From Octopus sinensis (lineage: Eukaryota): 64,000 nucleotides of DNA. The stretch lies in contig NC_043017.1 of assembly GCF_006345805.1 (NCBI RefSeq), forward strand, positions 3,348,001 to 3,412,000, in the 5' to 3' direction. The translations under genes were made by a program, and so were the position numbers. This document shows, piece after piece, positions 26,290 through 38,289 of this stretch. Below the pieces are notes generated by a model. That model was not told the DNA's origin. It did no database searches and saw nothing but the letters and a program-made list of their open reading frames with translations. Every line of letters begins with the position of its first letter. The stretch's first letter is position 1.

Positions 26290-26685
26290 CACCAGGACTA
26301 TGAACACAGGCTTTAATACAGGCTATAAGAATCCAGGAATTGGCATGAAATAATCCAAATTTTACACAAAAATTGATCATGTCTGATGAAGCTCACTTTC
26401 ATTTGAATGAGTTCCTCAACAAAATTGCTGCTTTGGGGCTTTGAGAAACCAAAAGCACAACACCCAAAGAGGATTGCACCCCATAAAGTGTGAAGCTGAA
26501 AACGGATGCCATTTCAAAGATGTCATTTTTTCAAATGTAATGCAGAGATATGATGCAAAAAGGACAAATGCAAATTAATCTCCATTATCTCCTCTGTATT
26601 GAATGAAAATTTCATACACCTATTTGTAAAAATAAGGGAGTTATTAAAAATTGAATATCCTCAGTGGCTTCTGGGCCACCCTGTA
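26290..26685 (+). pseudogene. rosa/DD41D-like Tc1/mariner remnant, internally deleted, with right TIR
   Basis: LIMSDEAHFHLNEFLNK at about 26373-26423, C-terminal CEAENGCHFKDVIF, end GGCCACCCTG-TA at 26685. Confidence 0.7.
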
Positions 26686-26699
26686 GGTACCTTGCCTTG

Positions 26700-27006
26700 T
26701 TGTTGTTTGTTCCTTTTTGAGCCATGCCTGGCCCATAAGAGCCGGTTTCCCAGTTTCTTGGCGTATAGGTTCCCCACCTGGACGGGACGCCGGTCCATCA
26801 CAGGTGAGCTGCGAGATGCAGGAGGAAAGAGTGAGAGAAAGTTGTGGCAAAAGAGTCAGCAGAAGTTTTGCCATTACCTTCTGCTGGAGTCGCGTGGAGC
26901 TTGGGTGTTTCGCTCATAAACACACACATCGTCCGGTCTGAGATTCGAACCCGAGATCCCTCGACCGTGAGTCCGCTGCTCTAACCACTAGGCCATGTGC
27001 CTCCAC
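26700..27006 (-). mobile_element. SINE family D, full length, 13-bp TSD
   Basis: TSD GTACCTTGCCTTG at 26687-26699 and 27007-27019; (CAA)n tail. Confidence 0.92.
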
Positions 27007-27469
27007 GTACCTTGCCTTGAAAGCAGTCATGTGCCTGTGATTAAGTTAGCCATGATGGTCACATTGTTGTAGATTTATCTTTTAATATTGATCTGCTTAT
27101 CTTTTATCTTTGTTCTTGCTTTGTCTTTTATCATTGATCTGCAACCATACTGGGGCATCACCTCCAAGAACTTCACGTGGAATGAATTGACACCATTTCT
27201 GTTTTCTTTCTTTTTTTTTTTTGTCCTTCTTTTGTAAGCCTGGTACTTATTCTACCAGTCTCTTTTCACCGAACCACTAAGTTATAGGGATGTAAACAAA
27301 CCGACACCGGTTGTCAAGTGGCGGTGGTGGTGGGGACAAACACAGACACAAAGACATGCACACACACACGCACACACACACACACTCACAGAGGTTAGCC
27401 AGCATTATTAACTGGTAAAAGTGAATACAGTACCTGCTATTATATATCCCTACCAACCTAATTTGGAAA

Positions 27470-27533
<64 letters not shown>

Positions 27534-27558
27534 GTATATATATATATATGTATATATA

Positions 27559-27625
<67 letters not shown>

Positions 27626-27666
27626 GTATATATATATATACACATACATACATATATGCATACATA

Positions 27667-27748
27667 TACGAGTGATGACTACAATGTGGACAACCCTTAT
27701 GCTAGAAGTAGATCCGCTATGGATCTATTTCTAGCATAAGGGTTGTAT
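27667..27748. mobile_element. Short palindromic MITE derivative, same family as 55733-55937
   Basis: ACAACCCTTATGCTAGAAGTAGATCC-GCTAT-GGATCTATTTCTAGCATAAGGGTTGT (27690-27746). Confidence 0.8.
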
Positions 27749-27861
27749 GTAATATAATTTTCTGAACCTTCAGATTTTTTTATATGCTAGACCACTGGTT
27801 TTAAATTGATATTAATCAAATTGATAGTCAATTTTCCACCCTCATTTAAAATTTTATATAT

Positions 27862-27909
<48 letters not shown>

Positions 27910-29196
27910 TGAGAAGATGATGAAATCTGTTGAGATTTTTGATAAACAAAATTTTCATTCTTCTCGTAAACAAATAACGAATGATGTTGATAATTGATAC
28001 TATAAATGACAAAACTTCGAGAGAGTTTGAATGGTTTGGCTCTGGTTATATAATCGTAGCAGCGGTCAAAAATTTAGCAGCTGGTCATTGTGTTACTTCA
28101 TTGTCACTGGTTGTTTATTACATTTGCTGTCCATATTCTTGTTGGCCACCTCCTATGGAGTCTATCAAGTAACTAAGGTTTTCTGAATTTCTATTGCTAG
28201 ATAGGTTTAAAGAGAAAGGAGTGAAAAGACGGAATTGTTGGTGGAACCAGTTCCAGACAAAGTCATGACTGGTCAGGTTTTGTTCATCATGTTGGTATTA
28301 TTCTAGCAAACTGTGACATCATATATAGTGACCGATTACAGAATAGTCCCACTACATATATATTAAGGTAACACTATTCATACCTGGTTTACTCCTCTTT
28401 AACCATTGACACCTGAATATCTATTATCCACTTGTCCCTATTCCTGTGCTGAGGGAAAGAGAAGATAGTAAGGTTCTAACCCAGTGGTTCTCAAAGGGGC
28501 TCTACATGACCCTTGGAAGCTTGTATAAGGTTTGTGTTGTTAACATTTATGCGCAATAAATTGGATATACCTCTCCAATGCACAAAATAATTTAATAATT
28601 TTTTTAATACAAATCCTAATAATACAACTATAAAAATATAACAATTGCAGCGTGGAAGGTGTTTGTAAGCCATTTAAGAAACACACAAAAGCCGTTCGAT
28701 TCACTTCAACATTTAAATTTAATTTGTCAAAATATCTTCGTCGCTATAAGACCGCGACATGTTCACTGACAAAAATCCGTGCTGCATCTGAGAAAGTAAC
28801 AGTTAGTTCGTCATATATATGTACGTATGTATGTGTGTATGTATGTATACACGCATGTATGCATGCATGCATGTATGTATGTATCTATGTACGTACGCCT
28901 GTGTGTATGTATGAATGTATGTATGTGTGTGTATATGCACGCACATACACACTATAAACTTAAAGCTATAAACCTGTAGTGATGGATAGATATAGACTGA
29001 CCACTCATCACAACAATATCAAATTTCAACCTCCCCCCCACCCCACCAAAACTATAACAGAATCTTCTAAACATCAAAAGAGTCAATAGGTTGTAGTGAC
29101 ACCTGGTTCTAGATGCCATTAATGGAGTAATGAGGTGAAGCTATTTATGGTTTAAAATAAAAGAAATTCAGTCTCAAAAAAAAAAGAGAAGAAATC

Positions 29197-29710
29197 ATAG
29201 GTACAGGTGTGACTGTGTGGTAAGATGCTTGCTTTAAAATCACATGGTTTGAGGCCCAGTACCACTGCATAGCATCCTGGGCAAGTGTTTTCTTCTATAG
29301 CCACGGCCCCACCAAAGCCTTTGGAAGTGGATTTGGTAGACAGAAACAGAAAGTGACCTGAATGATAATAATAGCATCGAAAAATACCTTAGGAATAATA
29401 ACCCAGGTTCGAAATTTCCCCGAGACACCTGATGAAGGCTGGAGGGTATACCAGCCGAAACGTTGTGTTAACAACAAACAAGATGAGGACAAATATCCGT
29501 CGAATGTAAATAATGTGGAAGAAACTTGTCGTATATATTTGTGTGTATGTGAGTGTGTGTTTCCCACCACCACTTGACAGCCGGTGTTGGTGTGTTTACG
29601 TTCAGCAAAAGAGACAGATAAAATAAGTACCAGGTTTGAAAAAAAAAAAAAGTACTGGTGCTGATATCATTCAACAAAAAATTCTTCAATGCCCTGCCCC
29701 AGCTCAGCCA
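29197..29710 (+). mobile_element. SINE family A interrupted by a Penelope-like fragment (29346-29516)
   Basis: A sequence breaks at GAAACAGAAAG and resumes at GAAGAAACTTGTCGTATA. Confidence 0.8.
29424..29469 (+). ncRNA. Minimal type I hammerhead ribozyme motif
   Basis: GACAC-CTGATGA-A-GGCTGG-agggtata-CCAGCC-GAAA-CGTT|GTGTT: intact core, perfect 6-bp stem II, 5-bp stem I, palindromic AACGTT. Confidence 0.75.
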
Positions 29711-29854
29711 CAATTGATAATGTAAAAGATCAAAGATAAAAATTCAATACCGAAATGGTGATAATCTCCCTCTTTTATTTCTAATCAAAGGGAAGTAACT
29801 TCAATACTCTAACCATTAAGTTAATGATTTCACCGACCCTAACTTTCTCTATAT

Positions 29855-31353
29855 TTAACCCTTTCGTTACCAACCCGGCTGAAACCGGCTCTAGCTCTGA
29901 GTACAAATGTCTTGTTTTCATAAGTTTTGAATTAAAATCTTCCACCAAACCTTTAGTCACAATTTATGTTCCTAACACTAGCTGAATGATAACTAAGTTA
30001 GTTTACTAAATTCTTTGTTATATTTAAAATTAATTGAAAGAAACACAGAGCATCTCAACAGAAATACGGTAATGAAAGGGTTCAAATATATAACAGAGAA
30101 ACAATTCTTAACCCTTTCGTTACCAACCTGGCCAAAACCAACTCTGGTTCTGTAGTACAAATGTCTTGTTTTCATAAGTTTTGAATTAAAAATCCTCCAC
30201 CAAATCTTAGTCACAATTTATGTTCCTAACACTAGCTGAATGATAACTAAGTTATTTTACTAAATTCTTTGTTATATTTAAAATTAATTGAAAGAAACAC
30301 AGAGCATCTCAAAATAAATACAGTAATGAAAGGGTTCAAATATATAACAGAGAAACAATTCTTAACCCTTTCGTTACCAACCCGGCCAAAACCAACTCTG
30401 GTTCTGTAGTACAAATGTCTTGTTTTCATAAGTTTTGAATTAAAAATCCTCCACCAAATCTTAGTCACAATTTATGTTCCTAACACTAGCTGAATGATAA
30501 CTAAGTTATTTTACTAAATTCTTTGTTATATTTAAAATTAATTGAAAGAAACACAGAGCATCTCAAAATAAATACAGTAATGAAAGGGTTCAAATATATA
30601 ACAGAGAAACAATTCTTAACCCTTTCGTTACCAACCCGGCCAAAACCAACTCTGGTTCTGTAGTACAAATGTCTTGTTTTCATAAGTTTTGAATTAAAAA
30701 TCCTCCACCAAATCTTAGTCACAATTTATGTTCCTAACACTAGCTGAATGATAACTAAGTTATTTTACTACTTATTTAATTCTTGTTATATTTAAAATTA
30801 ATTGAAAGAAACACAGAGCATCTCAAAATAATACAGTAATGAAAGGGTTCAAATATATAACAGAGAAACATTCTTAACCCTTTCGTTACCAACCCGGCCA
30901 AAACCAACTCTGGTTCTGTAGTACAAATGTCTTGTTTTCATAAGTTTTGAATTAAAAATCCTCCACCAAATCTTAGTCACAATTTATGTTCCTAACACTA
31001 GCTGAATGATAACTAAGTTATTTTACTAAATTCTTTGTTATATTTAAAATTAATTGAAAGAACACAGAGCATCTCAAAATAAATACAGTAATGAAAGGGT
31101 TCAAATATATAACAGAGAAACAATTCTTAACCCTTTCGTTACCAACCCGGCCAAAACCAACTCTGGTTCTGTAGTACAAATGTCTTGTTTTCATAAGTTT
31201 TGAATTAAAAATCCTCCACCAAATCTTAGTCACAATTTATGTTCCTAACACTAGCTGAATGATAACTAAGTTATTTTACTAAATTCTTTGTTATATTTAA
31301 AATTAATTGAAAGAAACACAGAGCATCTCAAAATAAATACAGTAATGAAAGGG
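29855..31353 (+). repeat. Six-unit tandem array (period about 254 bp) of a TTAA/piggyBac-type MITE
   Basis: Units start at 29859, 30112, 30366, 30620, 30878, 31131; each CCCTTTCGTTACC...GTAATGAAAGGG, joined by TTCAAATATATAACAGAGAAACAATTCTTAA. Confidence 0.92.
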
Positions 31354-31479
31354 AATCTCTTACAACTTTCCAAGCGTTTCTTTCACTCTTTTACGGGCTT
31401 CAGTTGGTGGACGGCAGTTATTACGGTACACCAAGAGCTTTCAGACTTATCTCATTGTGGTATTTGTAATAAAGGTTTC

Positions 31480-31779
31480 AAAATTTGGCACAAGGACAGC
31501 AATTTCAAGGGAGGGGTATAAGTCGATTACATTGACCCCCCCCCAGTGTTAAGCTGGTACTTATTTTATCGACCCCCACCCCCAGGGCAGCAATTTTGGT
31601 GGGGAGAGAATGAGTTGATTACATCAACCCCAGTGTTTCACTGGTACTTAATTCAACGACTCTAAAAGGATGAAAGGCAAAGTCGACCTCGGCAGTACTT
31701 GAACTCAGAACATAGCGACAGTTGAAATACCGCTAGGCATTTTGCCCAGCATGCTAACAATTCTACCAGCTCACTGCTT

Positions 31780-31780
<1 letters not shown>
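31480..31780 (-). mobile_element. SINE family B with duplicated tail
   Basis: B core plus two tail segments. Confidence 0.75.
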
Positions 31781-31831
<51 letters not shown>

Positions 31832-31847
31832 TAATAATAATATGTAA

Positions 31848-31878
<31 letters not shown>

Positions 31879-32141
31879 GCAAAAAATCGTGTTAAGTGGA
31901 ACAACTCATGTACTGAGAAGAGCATTATCTCTGTAAAAACAACATCCATTCGTGAATTTATTTATTTATTAATTTTTTTTAAATACATATATTACCTGTG
32001 AATTTGCGCGTGTAATCTGGGAATGCATACAATGAGCTTCTCTGCCCAAGGTGTATGGAAAACACTCGGCGAGAAACGGAAGAAAATTTGAAGAAAGAAG
32101 GGAAAAGAGGGGAAATAATAATAATAATAATAGTAGTAGTA

Positions 32142-32342
32142 GACAAATAGCTGAAGGAGATTGAAATAGAATGCCCAGTAATGCTCCTACAAAAGTTTGT
32201 CTCCTAGGGACAGCAAGGATTAACAGAAGGGTTCTAAGCATTTGAAAGTTTGCTGAAAACTTGTGGATATCTAAAGTTACAAGTAAGTAACCTAGTGCCC
32301 ACATAAATCCTACCAGAAATAAGACCAAACCTGAACCAAACC

Positions 32343-32393
<51 letters not shown>

Positions 32394-32400
32394 GGCTTAT
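32142..32400 (+). pseudogene. R4/Dong-like non-LTR 3' remnant
   Basis: KVCLLGTARINRRVLSI* (stop 32243-45), then 3' UTR and (AAT)n. Confidence 0.6.
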
Positions 32401-32589
32401 TGTACACTATTCTCATATGTACTACAATTTGTCCGAAAAGAGGAAAATATGACAAAACAGCAATAAAGTAAAATAAAGACATCAATCATAACCCACACAA
32501 GTCATTGTTGACAACAATGCCTAAGTGGTGTTCACCTGCATACTTCTTAGAATAGACGTCAAACAGGAAGTAGATATATGGGTGGATAT

Positions 32590-32842
32590 GTCCCTGTAAC
32601 TGCTAAGTTACAGGGACATAAATACACCACCATTGGTTGTCAAGCAATGGTGGGGGGACAAACACATACACACATATATATGAGCTTCTTTCAGTTTCCG
32701 TCTATCGAATCCACGCACAAAGTTTTGGTTGGCTTGAGGCTATAGTAGAAGACACTGGCCCAAGGTGCCGTGCAGTGGGACTGAACCTGGAACCGTGTGG
32801 TTGGTAAGCAAGCTACTTACCACACAGCCGCTCCTGCGCCTA
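32590..32842 (-). mobile_element. SINE family A
   Basis: Family A match. Confidence 0.85.
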
Positions 32843-33095
32843 CCTTATTTTGTTAATATACACAACAACAGGAGACCAAGAACAGATTCCTGCAGAACTA
32901 GAGATGCCATAACATAAGATGCAGTAAGTTATCCAGGTGTGGTTACTACCTCTTCCCAACCAAAAGTGCTGGGCTTCAACCTGTCATAAAGATTAGCCAT
33001 CATACCCACCACAGAGAGCTTCACCATGAGTTGTGTAGCATAGAATTAAAGGCTTTTGGCAAACTCAAGATAGATAACTCCACCTGTGAGCTGCT

Positions 33096-33468
33096 GTTGA
33101 GCCACTGAGTGAACGGTCTTCGTCCCAGAGCTCGCAAGATGGGAGAAGTCCGAAACGTGGTCCTTTGCTATTCGTAAGACCCGCAGAAGAGAAAGCAGGT
33201 CAACCCCCAACACCGAGAGCATCGACGGATGGATGAATGCGCATCCAGGCTCAGCAGTTGTGTAGGAAGTCGGGGACAAGAAACAGGAAGAAAGAGTGAA
33301 AGTTGGAGCAAAAGAGTACAACAGGGGTCACCACCACTCCCTGCCGGAGCCTCGTGGAGCTTTAGGTGTTTTCACTCAATAAACACACACAACGCCCGGT
33401 CTGGGAATCGAAACCGCAATCCTCTGACCGTGAGTCCACTGCCCTACCATTGGGCCATTGCACCTCCA
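33096..33468 (-). mobile_element. SINE family C (tail type 3), full length, 12-bp TSD
   Basis: TSD CTGTGAGCTGCT at 33084-33095 and 33469-33480. Confidence 0.9.
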
Positions 33469-33779
33469 CTGTGAGCTGCTTTCTGGGTGATATTTTCAAG
33501 CAATGTAATGAATTAACCATAGCAGCTAGAATTAAGGGTAAATCATAAGAGTTGAATAAGGTTATTAAAGTTCCAGCAGTTCCAGTGTCTCTCTGATGCA
33601 GGACTTTGGTAGTTTTGGCAATACAACTTCTGGTTGAGCTTCCAAAAACACAAGATTTCAGGCACCTTGGGCAGGTGTCTTCTACTATCTTCTACAGTAG
33701 CCTAAGGTCACCCAAAGCCTTGTGAGTGGATGTGGCAGAAGGAAACTAAAAGAAGCTCATTGAATACACACATATGCAC

Positions 33780-34040
33780 TTGTATGTATGTACGTACATA
33801 TGCATGTATGTATGTATGTATGTATGTATGTACGTACTTACATATGCATGTGTGTATGTATGTGTGTACGTACGTACGTATGTATGTATGTATGTATGTA
33901 TGTATGTATGTATGATGTATGTATGTGTGTATGTATGTATGTATGTATGTATGTATGTATGTATGTATGTATGTATGTATGTATGTATGTATGTATGTAT
34001 GTATGTATGTGTGTATGTATGTATGTATGTATGTATGTGT
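33780..34040. repeat. (TATG)n microsatellite
   Basis: Direct reading. Confidence 0.95.
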
Positions 34041-34534
34041 GATTGGGGTGAATGTTTGTGTCTCATGACATCACTTGATAGTTGCAAATGATATACATCC
34101 ATGCCTGTACCTATGCTGAAAATAGCAGTCAAACCTCACTCCTACCACACCCTACAATCTTGAAAAAAAAAATTAGAATGACACATTGGATAATGTAGGC
34201 CAAGGTAAACTGTGGCTGAACCAATAAAAACAGTTAGGATGGTCAAGGCTGGAATCGCTTTTAATCATCTATCTGCTAAATCAGGTCTGACAGGTTAAAA
34301 AATTGCTATAACAACCAACGACCTATGTCATGCAGTTCCTTCACTACGTTCGTAATTCCTTCGTTATGTTCGGACTTCCTCGTTTAATTTTGATTCACTT
34401 CATAACTATGCCCGGGTGGAATTAACGAGTTTCTTGTCTGACGAGGTTTCACTCCGTTAACAAAAGAAAAGGTATTTCTGAAACTTCAGATCCTGCTCAA
34501 TCTTAAATGACAATCATCGTCATCGTCATCAGTA

Positions 34535-34743
34535 ATGGTGGTGGTGGCCAGCAGTAGCACCAACAACAGAAGCAGCAGCAGCGGTGGTGGTGGTGGTGGT
34601 GGTGGCAGTGGCAGCAGTAGCTGTGGTGTTGGTGTTGGTGGTGGTGTTGATGGTGGTGTTGATGGTGGTGGTGGTGGTGGCAGTAGCAGTGGCAGTGGTG
34701 GTGGTGGTGGTGGTGGCGGCAGCAGCGACTGTGGTGATGGTGA

Positions 34744-34788
<45 letters not shown>

Positions 34789-34800
34789 CAGTAGCAGCAA
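34535..34800. repeat. (GGT/AGT/AGC)n trinucleotide tract
   Basis: Direct reading. Confidence 0.95.
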
Positions 34801-34997
34801 ATTAAAACAGGAAAAATAATCCAGAAATCCTTGTCCGGTACCAGATCGATTTCCAAAATCTAATCAGTTTGTGTCAGTCATGAGGTCAGACATCCCTGAA
34901 AGTTTCATCCAAATCCATCCAGTGGTTCTTGAGATATCTTGTCCACGGACAAACAAACAAACAAACACAATTGAAAACAATACCTCCGCCTTCGCTA
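34800..34997 (+). mobile_element. Helentron/DINE-like non-autonomous element end
   Basis: AAAATCTAATCAG...AAGTTTCATCCAAATCCATCCAGTGGTTCTTGAGATATC...(ACAA)n...ACCTCCGCC layout. Confidence 0.5.
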
Positions 34998-35180
34998 AGT
35001 ACACCTGATGACCCCCACCACCCTCATTTTTTAATTTTTCAATTTTATTTTAAAGACTTATACACTGTTCCTTTCCTCTGCATATTCTTAGTTCTGTTCA
35101 TGCAGTTTGGGCTACTTTCTCTGAGTTGCAGTGCACCTGAGATCTGAATACAATAAGTTCATAATTATTGTTTTTTGTTG

Positions 35181-35490
35181 TGGAGACGCAATGACCCAGT
35201 GGTTAGGGCAGTGGACTTGCAATCGTAGGATCACGGTTTTGATTCCAAGACCGGCCATTGTGAGCGTTTATTCAGCAAAAACACCTAAAGGTCCACGAGG
35301 CTCCGGCAGGGGGTAGTGGTGAACCCTGCTGTAGTCTTTTACCACAACTTTCTCTCACTCTTTCTTCCTGTTTCTGTTGTACCTGTACTTCAAAGGACCG
35401 ACTCAGTTGTACATTACTGCATGTGCTTTATATGCACTTTTGACAAGTTGTGGGGCACCTGAGCACTGTATACAATAATTTCACTATCAT
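35181..35490 (+). mobile_element. SINE C head and body joined to a CR1-like 3' end
   Basis: C body, then GACAAGTTGTGGGGCACCTGAGCACTGTATACAATAATTTCA as at 43263-43310. Confidence 0.75.
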
Positions 35491-36033
35491 GCATACATAT
35501 ATACATACATGATGGCTTCCCCCTCGTTATCGAGTATGGCCATTGCACGAAGCTTAATTGTTACTGGTGCTGTGATCGAATGTGACTTTTTAGCCCAGCT
35601 AAAGATCTACAATGTCTTGTACAGAATTGGCAACTAAAACTTTTACCGGTAATAGCCGGCTGTAGTTGTAACTGGGCTTCATGTACCTTTGCATGTCGTT
35701 TAAGTCCTCCTGCCTAATTATACTCTCTTTCACATGCCCGGCAGATGTACATACACACACACACGCATACACGCACACACGCACACACACACACACACAC
35801 ACATACATACATACATTTATTTAATCATTTACATGCTACTATTTATCGTCTTTTATGTACTTCCAGATCTAAATCCCAAAAAAGAATTAATTTATGTGGC
35901 GTGTGTGCATCCATACACGCAAAACTATTTGGTTCATTGGATGTGAACATATTGCAAGGGAGAGAATCATATCGTCAGAAGTCAATACTGTTTAACGTTT
36001 CCATTATGGAAGTCAATTTGAGTTAAACCCCTT

Positions 36034-36239
36034 TTAACCTTCAGCTTCCCCAGTCAAACGTAACGTTTATTTATTCCCATTGCAATATCCTGTAGCTTTG
36101 AGATTTCAATAGCGTAACTGTTTATCTTTAGAATGACATTATAGGATAGGCGTGAGAGATCAGATGTGGTAGAGTTTAAACGTAAAACAGGCATAGTGTT
36201 CTAGGCCTGATATGGCCAGTTGGAATATCCAAAGATTAA
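36034..36239. mobile_element. Second TTAA-bounded MITE, diverged
   Basis: TTAA-CCTT...AAAGA-TTAA ends; weak TIR. Confidence 0.4.
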
Positions 36240-36719
36240 TGGAATGAAGTATATTATATAATGCATCTACATTTATTTAATTCAATTTTGTTTTGTTTTG
36301 TTTTGTAACTTTTGTTTTTAATTTCAAATATAAAGTCCGTAATATTCATATATATATAATTCTTTATTACCCACAAGGGGCTAAACATAGAAGAGACAAA
36401 CAAGGACAGACAAACGGATTAAGTCGATTATATCGACCCCAGTGCGTAACTGGTACTTAAGGCAAGGTTGACCTCGGTAAGAAACTTGCTTCACAACCAC
36501 ATGGTACCTTGGGCAAGTGTCTTCTACTGTAACCTCGGGCTGAGCAAAGATATGTGAGTGGATTTGGTAGACAGAAACTGAAAGAAGCCTACCGTATACT
36601 CTACTCTTTTACTTGTTTCAGTCATTGGACTGCAGCCATGCTGGAGCACTGCCTTTCAGTCGAAGAAATCGACCCCAGGACTTATTCTTTGTAAGCCTAA
36701 TACTTATTCTGTGAAGACA

Positions 36720-36835
36720 GGTGGTGTACAAAACAAACAGATGTATTAGTATAACGCTCAGGAATTGAAAGTCTTTTACGTTTCGAGCCTAGGCTCTTCC
36801 ACAGTAAAGAACACAGAAACAAACAAGGAGAGAAA
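36720..36835 (-). mobile_element. Penelope-like fragment with degenerate hammerhead
   Basis: Minus strand CTGTGGA-A-GAGC-CTAG-GCTC-GAAA-CGTA. Confidence 0.5.
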
Positions 36836-36980
36836 AAATATATATATAACTTAGAGAAAAACCACTATTAAACAATTCAATAAAGAAAGATGTTATTCAC
36901 TTATTCACAGCATATAAAAATTTGTTTTGAAATTGTTAAATTGAATTTTGCCTTGTAAGTTTTGGAATTAGATTCCCTAC

Positions 36981-37024
<44 letters not shown>

Positions 37025-37039
37025 CATCATCATCATCAT

Positions 37040-37370
37040 CATCGTTTAACGTCCGTTCTCCATGCTAGCATGGGTTGGATGGTTCGACCGGGGATCTGGG
37101 AAGCCAGAAGGCTGCACCAGGCTCCAGTCTAATCTGGCAATGTTTCTACAGCTGGATGCCCTTCCTAACGCCAACCACTCCGTGAGTGTAGTGGGTGCTT
37201 TTTACGTGCCACCTGCACAGGTGCCAGGCGAGGCTGGCAACGGCCACGGTCGGATTGGTGTATTTTATGTGCCACCGGCACGGAAGCCAGTCAAGGCGGT
37301 GCTGGCATCGGCCACGAGTTGGATAGTGCTTTTTACGTACCACCAGACCAGGGATCCTGGCTGGTTCAAT
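37040..37370 (-). mobile_element. Family E repeat, RTE-like 3' end with (GAT)n tail
   Basis: Reverse of CCAACCCATGCTAGCATGGAGAACGGACGTTAAACGATGATG. Confidence 0.8.
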
Positions 37371-37529
37371 TCGATATATATATATATATATATAGGTTCA
37401 GCAAAATTTAGATTCAGATGAATATGGTTCTTAAGTTAAAGGCACCAGTATTTACAGTGTTTAATAAAATGAAGTAGCATGAAACAATTGTACTACTCTA
37501 CCTTGGATATCCTTGTTGCTTATTTTGAT

Positions 37530-37572
<43 letters not shown>

Positions 37573-38289
37573 ATATAGAGATTTAGAACTCGTATCAGCA
37601 TATTTTTTTTTTTAATCTGCAAAACTTACTGAGTGACTCAAGGTCTGAGAGTTTCATGTACTGGTATTTGTCAAACTCTTTGATAAGTGCCAATGCACTC
37701 TCGATCTTTGAACGAGTGTAACTTCTTCCAGTTAAATACACACACACACACACACACACACACTGACACGCATGCATGGACACATAAGAAAATGGAAGTG
37801 GATTAAGCTGGGTGGGACGTATTACATAAAAGATGCATAACAAACAGAACAAAATTTAAACCTAATAATCAGATTAACCAAAAGCTTCCGCTGGATTGTG
37901 CTGGTGAAACGTCACCATTAGATTATAGAGTTTTTTGTGTGTAAATATCACCAATATTTTTAGTGATGGCCATGATTTTGTTGAAGTACAACCCGAAATA
38001 TGTCACAGTCATTCACTCATGTCCTATTTAGTCAACCTGCTAGAAACAGCAGTCAAATCTCCTTCAAATCACACTCTACCAACTTTTAAAAAAGTCAGAC
38101 AGTTTGGGCAATGAAGTCTGAGAGAAAACAATGCATGGAAAATATAAGACTGGATGGTCACAGCTGAAAGGCTGTTCATCACAAGTCTGCAGGTCTGCTC
38201 CATCAAGGTTGACCTGGGGTTAAACAAACAATTTGATCTCACTCTGACTGTCTCTTATCTTTCTCTAACTCTCTCTCTCTCTCTTCTTC

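Noticed and set aside
26383-26410. CTGATGA as a hammerhead core
   Set aside because: It is the SDEAHF coding motif of the transposase remnant
29993-31233. Repeated 71-73 aa ORFs MTKIWWRIF...
   Set aside because: Antisense read-through of the MITE array units, not a gene cluster
29855-31353. CRISPR-like repeat-spacer appearance
   Set aside because: Linkers are identical rather than unique, units are about 222 bp, and the context is eukaryotic
31405-31470. LVDGSYYGTPR resembling a guanylate-kinase YYGT motif
   Set aside because: Match is a few residues, a stop follows shortly and flanks do not fit the domain
34438-34490. CTGACGA ... GAAAC hammerhead candidate
   Set aside because: GAAA falls inside the only possible stem II; no stem I or III
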